From Mobula hypostoma (taxonomy: Eukaryota), in contig NC_086097.1 in the NCBI RefSeq assembly GCF_963921235.1, forward strand, positions 49,292,001 to 49,356,000: a DNA stretch of 64,000 bases, written 5' to 3'. Shown here piece by piece: positions 63,293-64,000 of this stretch. Under the pieces are notes generated by a model. That model was not told where the DNA came from, made no database searches, and was given only the letters and a program-made list of their open reading frames with translations. A program made the translations under genes and the position numbers. Every line of letters starts with the position of its first letter. The first letter of the stretch is position 1.

Positions 63293-64000
63293 TGTCATAA
63301 GGTGGTGGCTGGACAGACAAGACACAGACACTGAAGTACTAGGGACAGGACTAGGATACAGGGCGATGGCAAGGACATGGACAGGAAAACCAGGAACCTG
63401 GAACAGGACTGGACAAGAGAGCTAGGAGCCCAGGCTTGGACTCCGAGCCAGAGACTGGACAAGGACCCAGTACCTGGGTCTTGCCACTGGCTCAGACCCC
63501 AGAATTAGGCAAGGACAAGGCTCGGCAGGCAGGCAGGACAAAGCTGGGATCTTGAGGCTTGAGGCTAGAGGCTAGAGACTTGGCTTGGCTTGGCAAGAGG
63601 CTAGGCACGAGGCTAGAGGCGCGAGGCTGGAGGCAGGAGACGCGAGGCAAGGTGAGGCTCCTCCTGGGCAGGGCGCAGATCACCACCCGACAGAGACAAG
63701 GGACAGGAAAGGACAGAACCAACCGCAGGTAACAGCAAGACGGCCTGGCTTACCTGGACAGAGGCAAGGAACAGAAAGGGAGCTAGGTACAGGGTGGCTC
63801 CAGGACAAGGCTGCAGGCGAGACAAGGCAGTACAAGAACTACAGGTGAGGCAAGAGTTACCAGCAAGACAAGTCAGGGCTTCAGGCAAGGAAACAGAAGG
63901 CAGAGTAAGGACAAGAACAATCCAGCAGCCACAGCCTGGTCTCTGGAGGTATTTATGCAGCCAGCCCCAACAGGCATCACCTGCCTTAATTAGTGCTTAA
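63293..64000 (-). mobile_element. Probable LTR running off the window end
   Basis: Penelope homology stops abruptly at TGTCA; short GGACAAG/GGCTAG reiterations; TTTAT..CACCTG promoter-side motif near the end; second boundary not visible. Confidence 0.55.

Overview
Eukaryotic, repeat-dense, AT-rich vertebrate DNA. The repeat families suggest a cartilaginous fish, probably a ray (inference only). No host protein-coding exon could be supported; every long ORF belongs to a transposable element. Contents: several Penelope-like retroelement copies (GIY-YIG endonuclease) whose 3' repeats carry a minimal hammerhead ribozyme (intact at 1480-1517, decayed elsewhere); three 150-200 bp TSD-flanked fold-back elements built from that same 3' end; CR1, Rex1/Babar-like and RTE-derived elements; and tRNA-head SINEs. 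Also present: a near-intact full-length I/Nimb-type LINE with RNase H plus a second truncated one, both inserted in one Tc1 inside a Gypsy element; a Hero-type RLE LINE; two MER1/Charlie3-like hAT elements carrying a captured CR1 tail; Harbinger and Tigger-like MITEs; a TRIM-like mini LTR element; and solo LTRs. Boundaries without a stated TSD or TIR are approximate. Family names come from motif recognition, not database searches.
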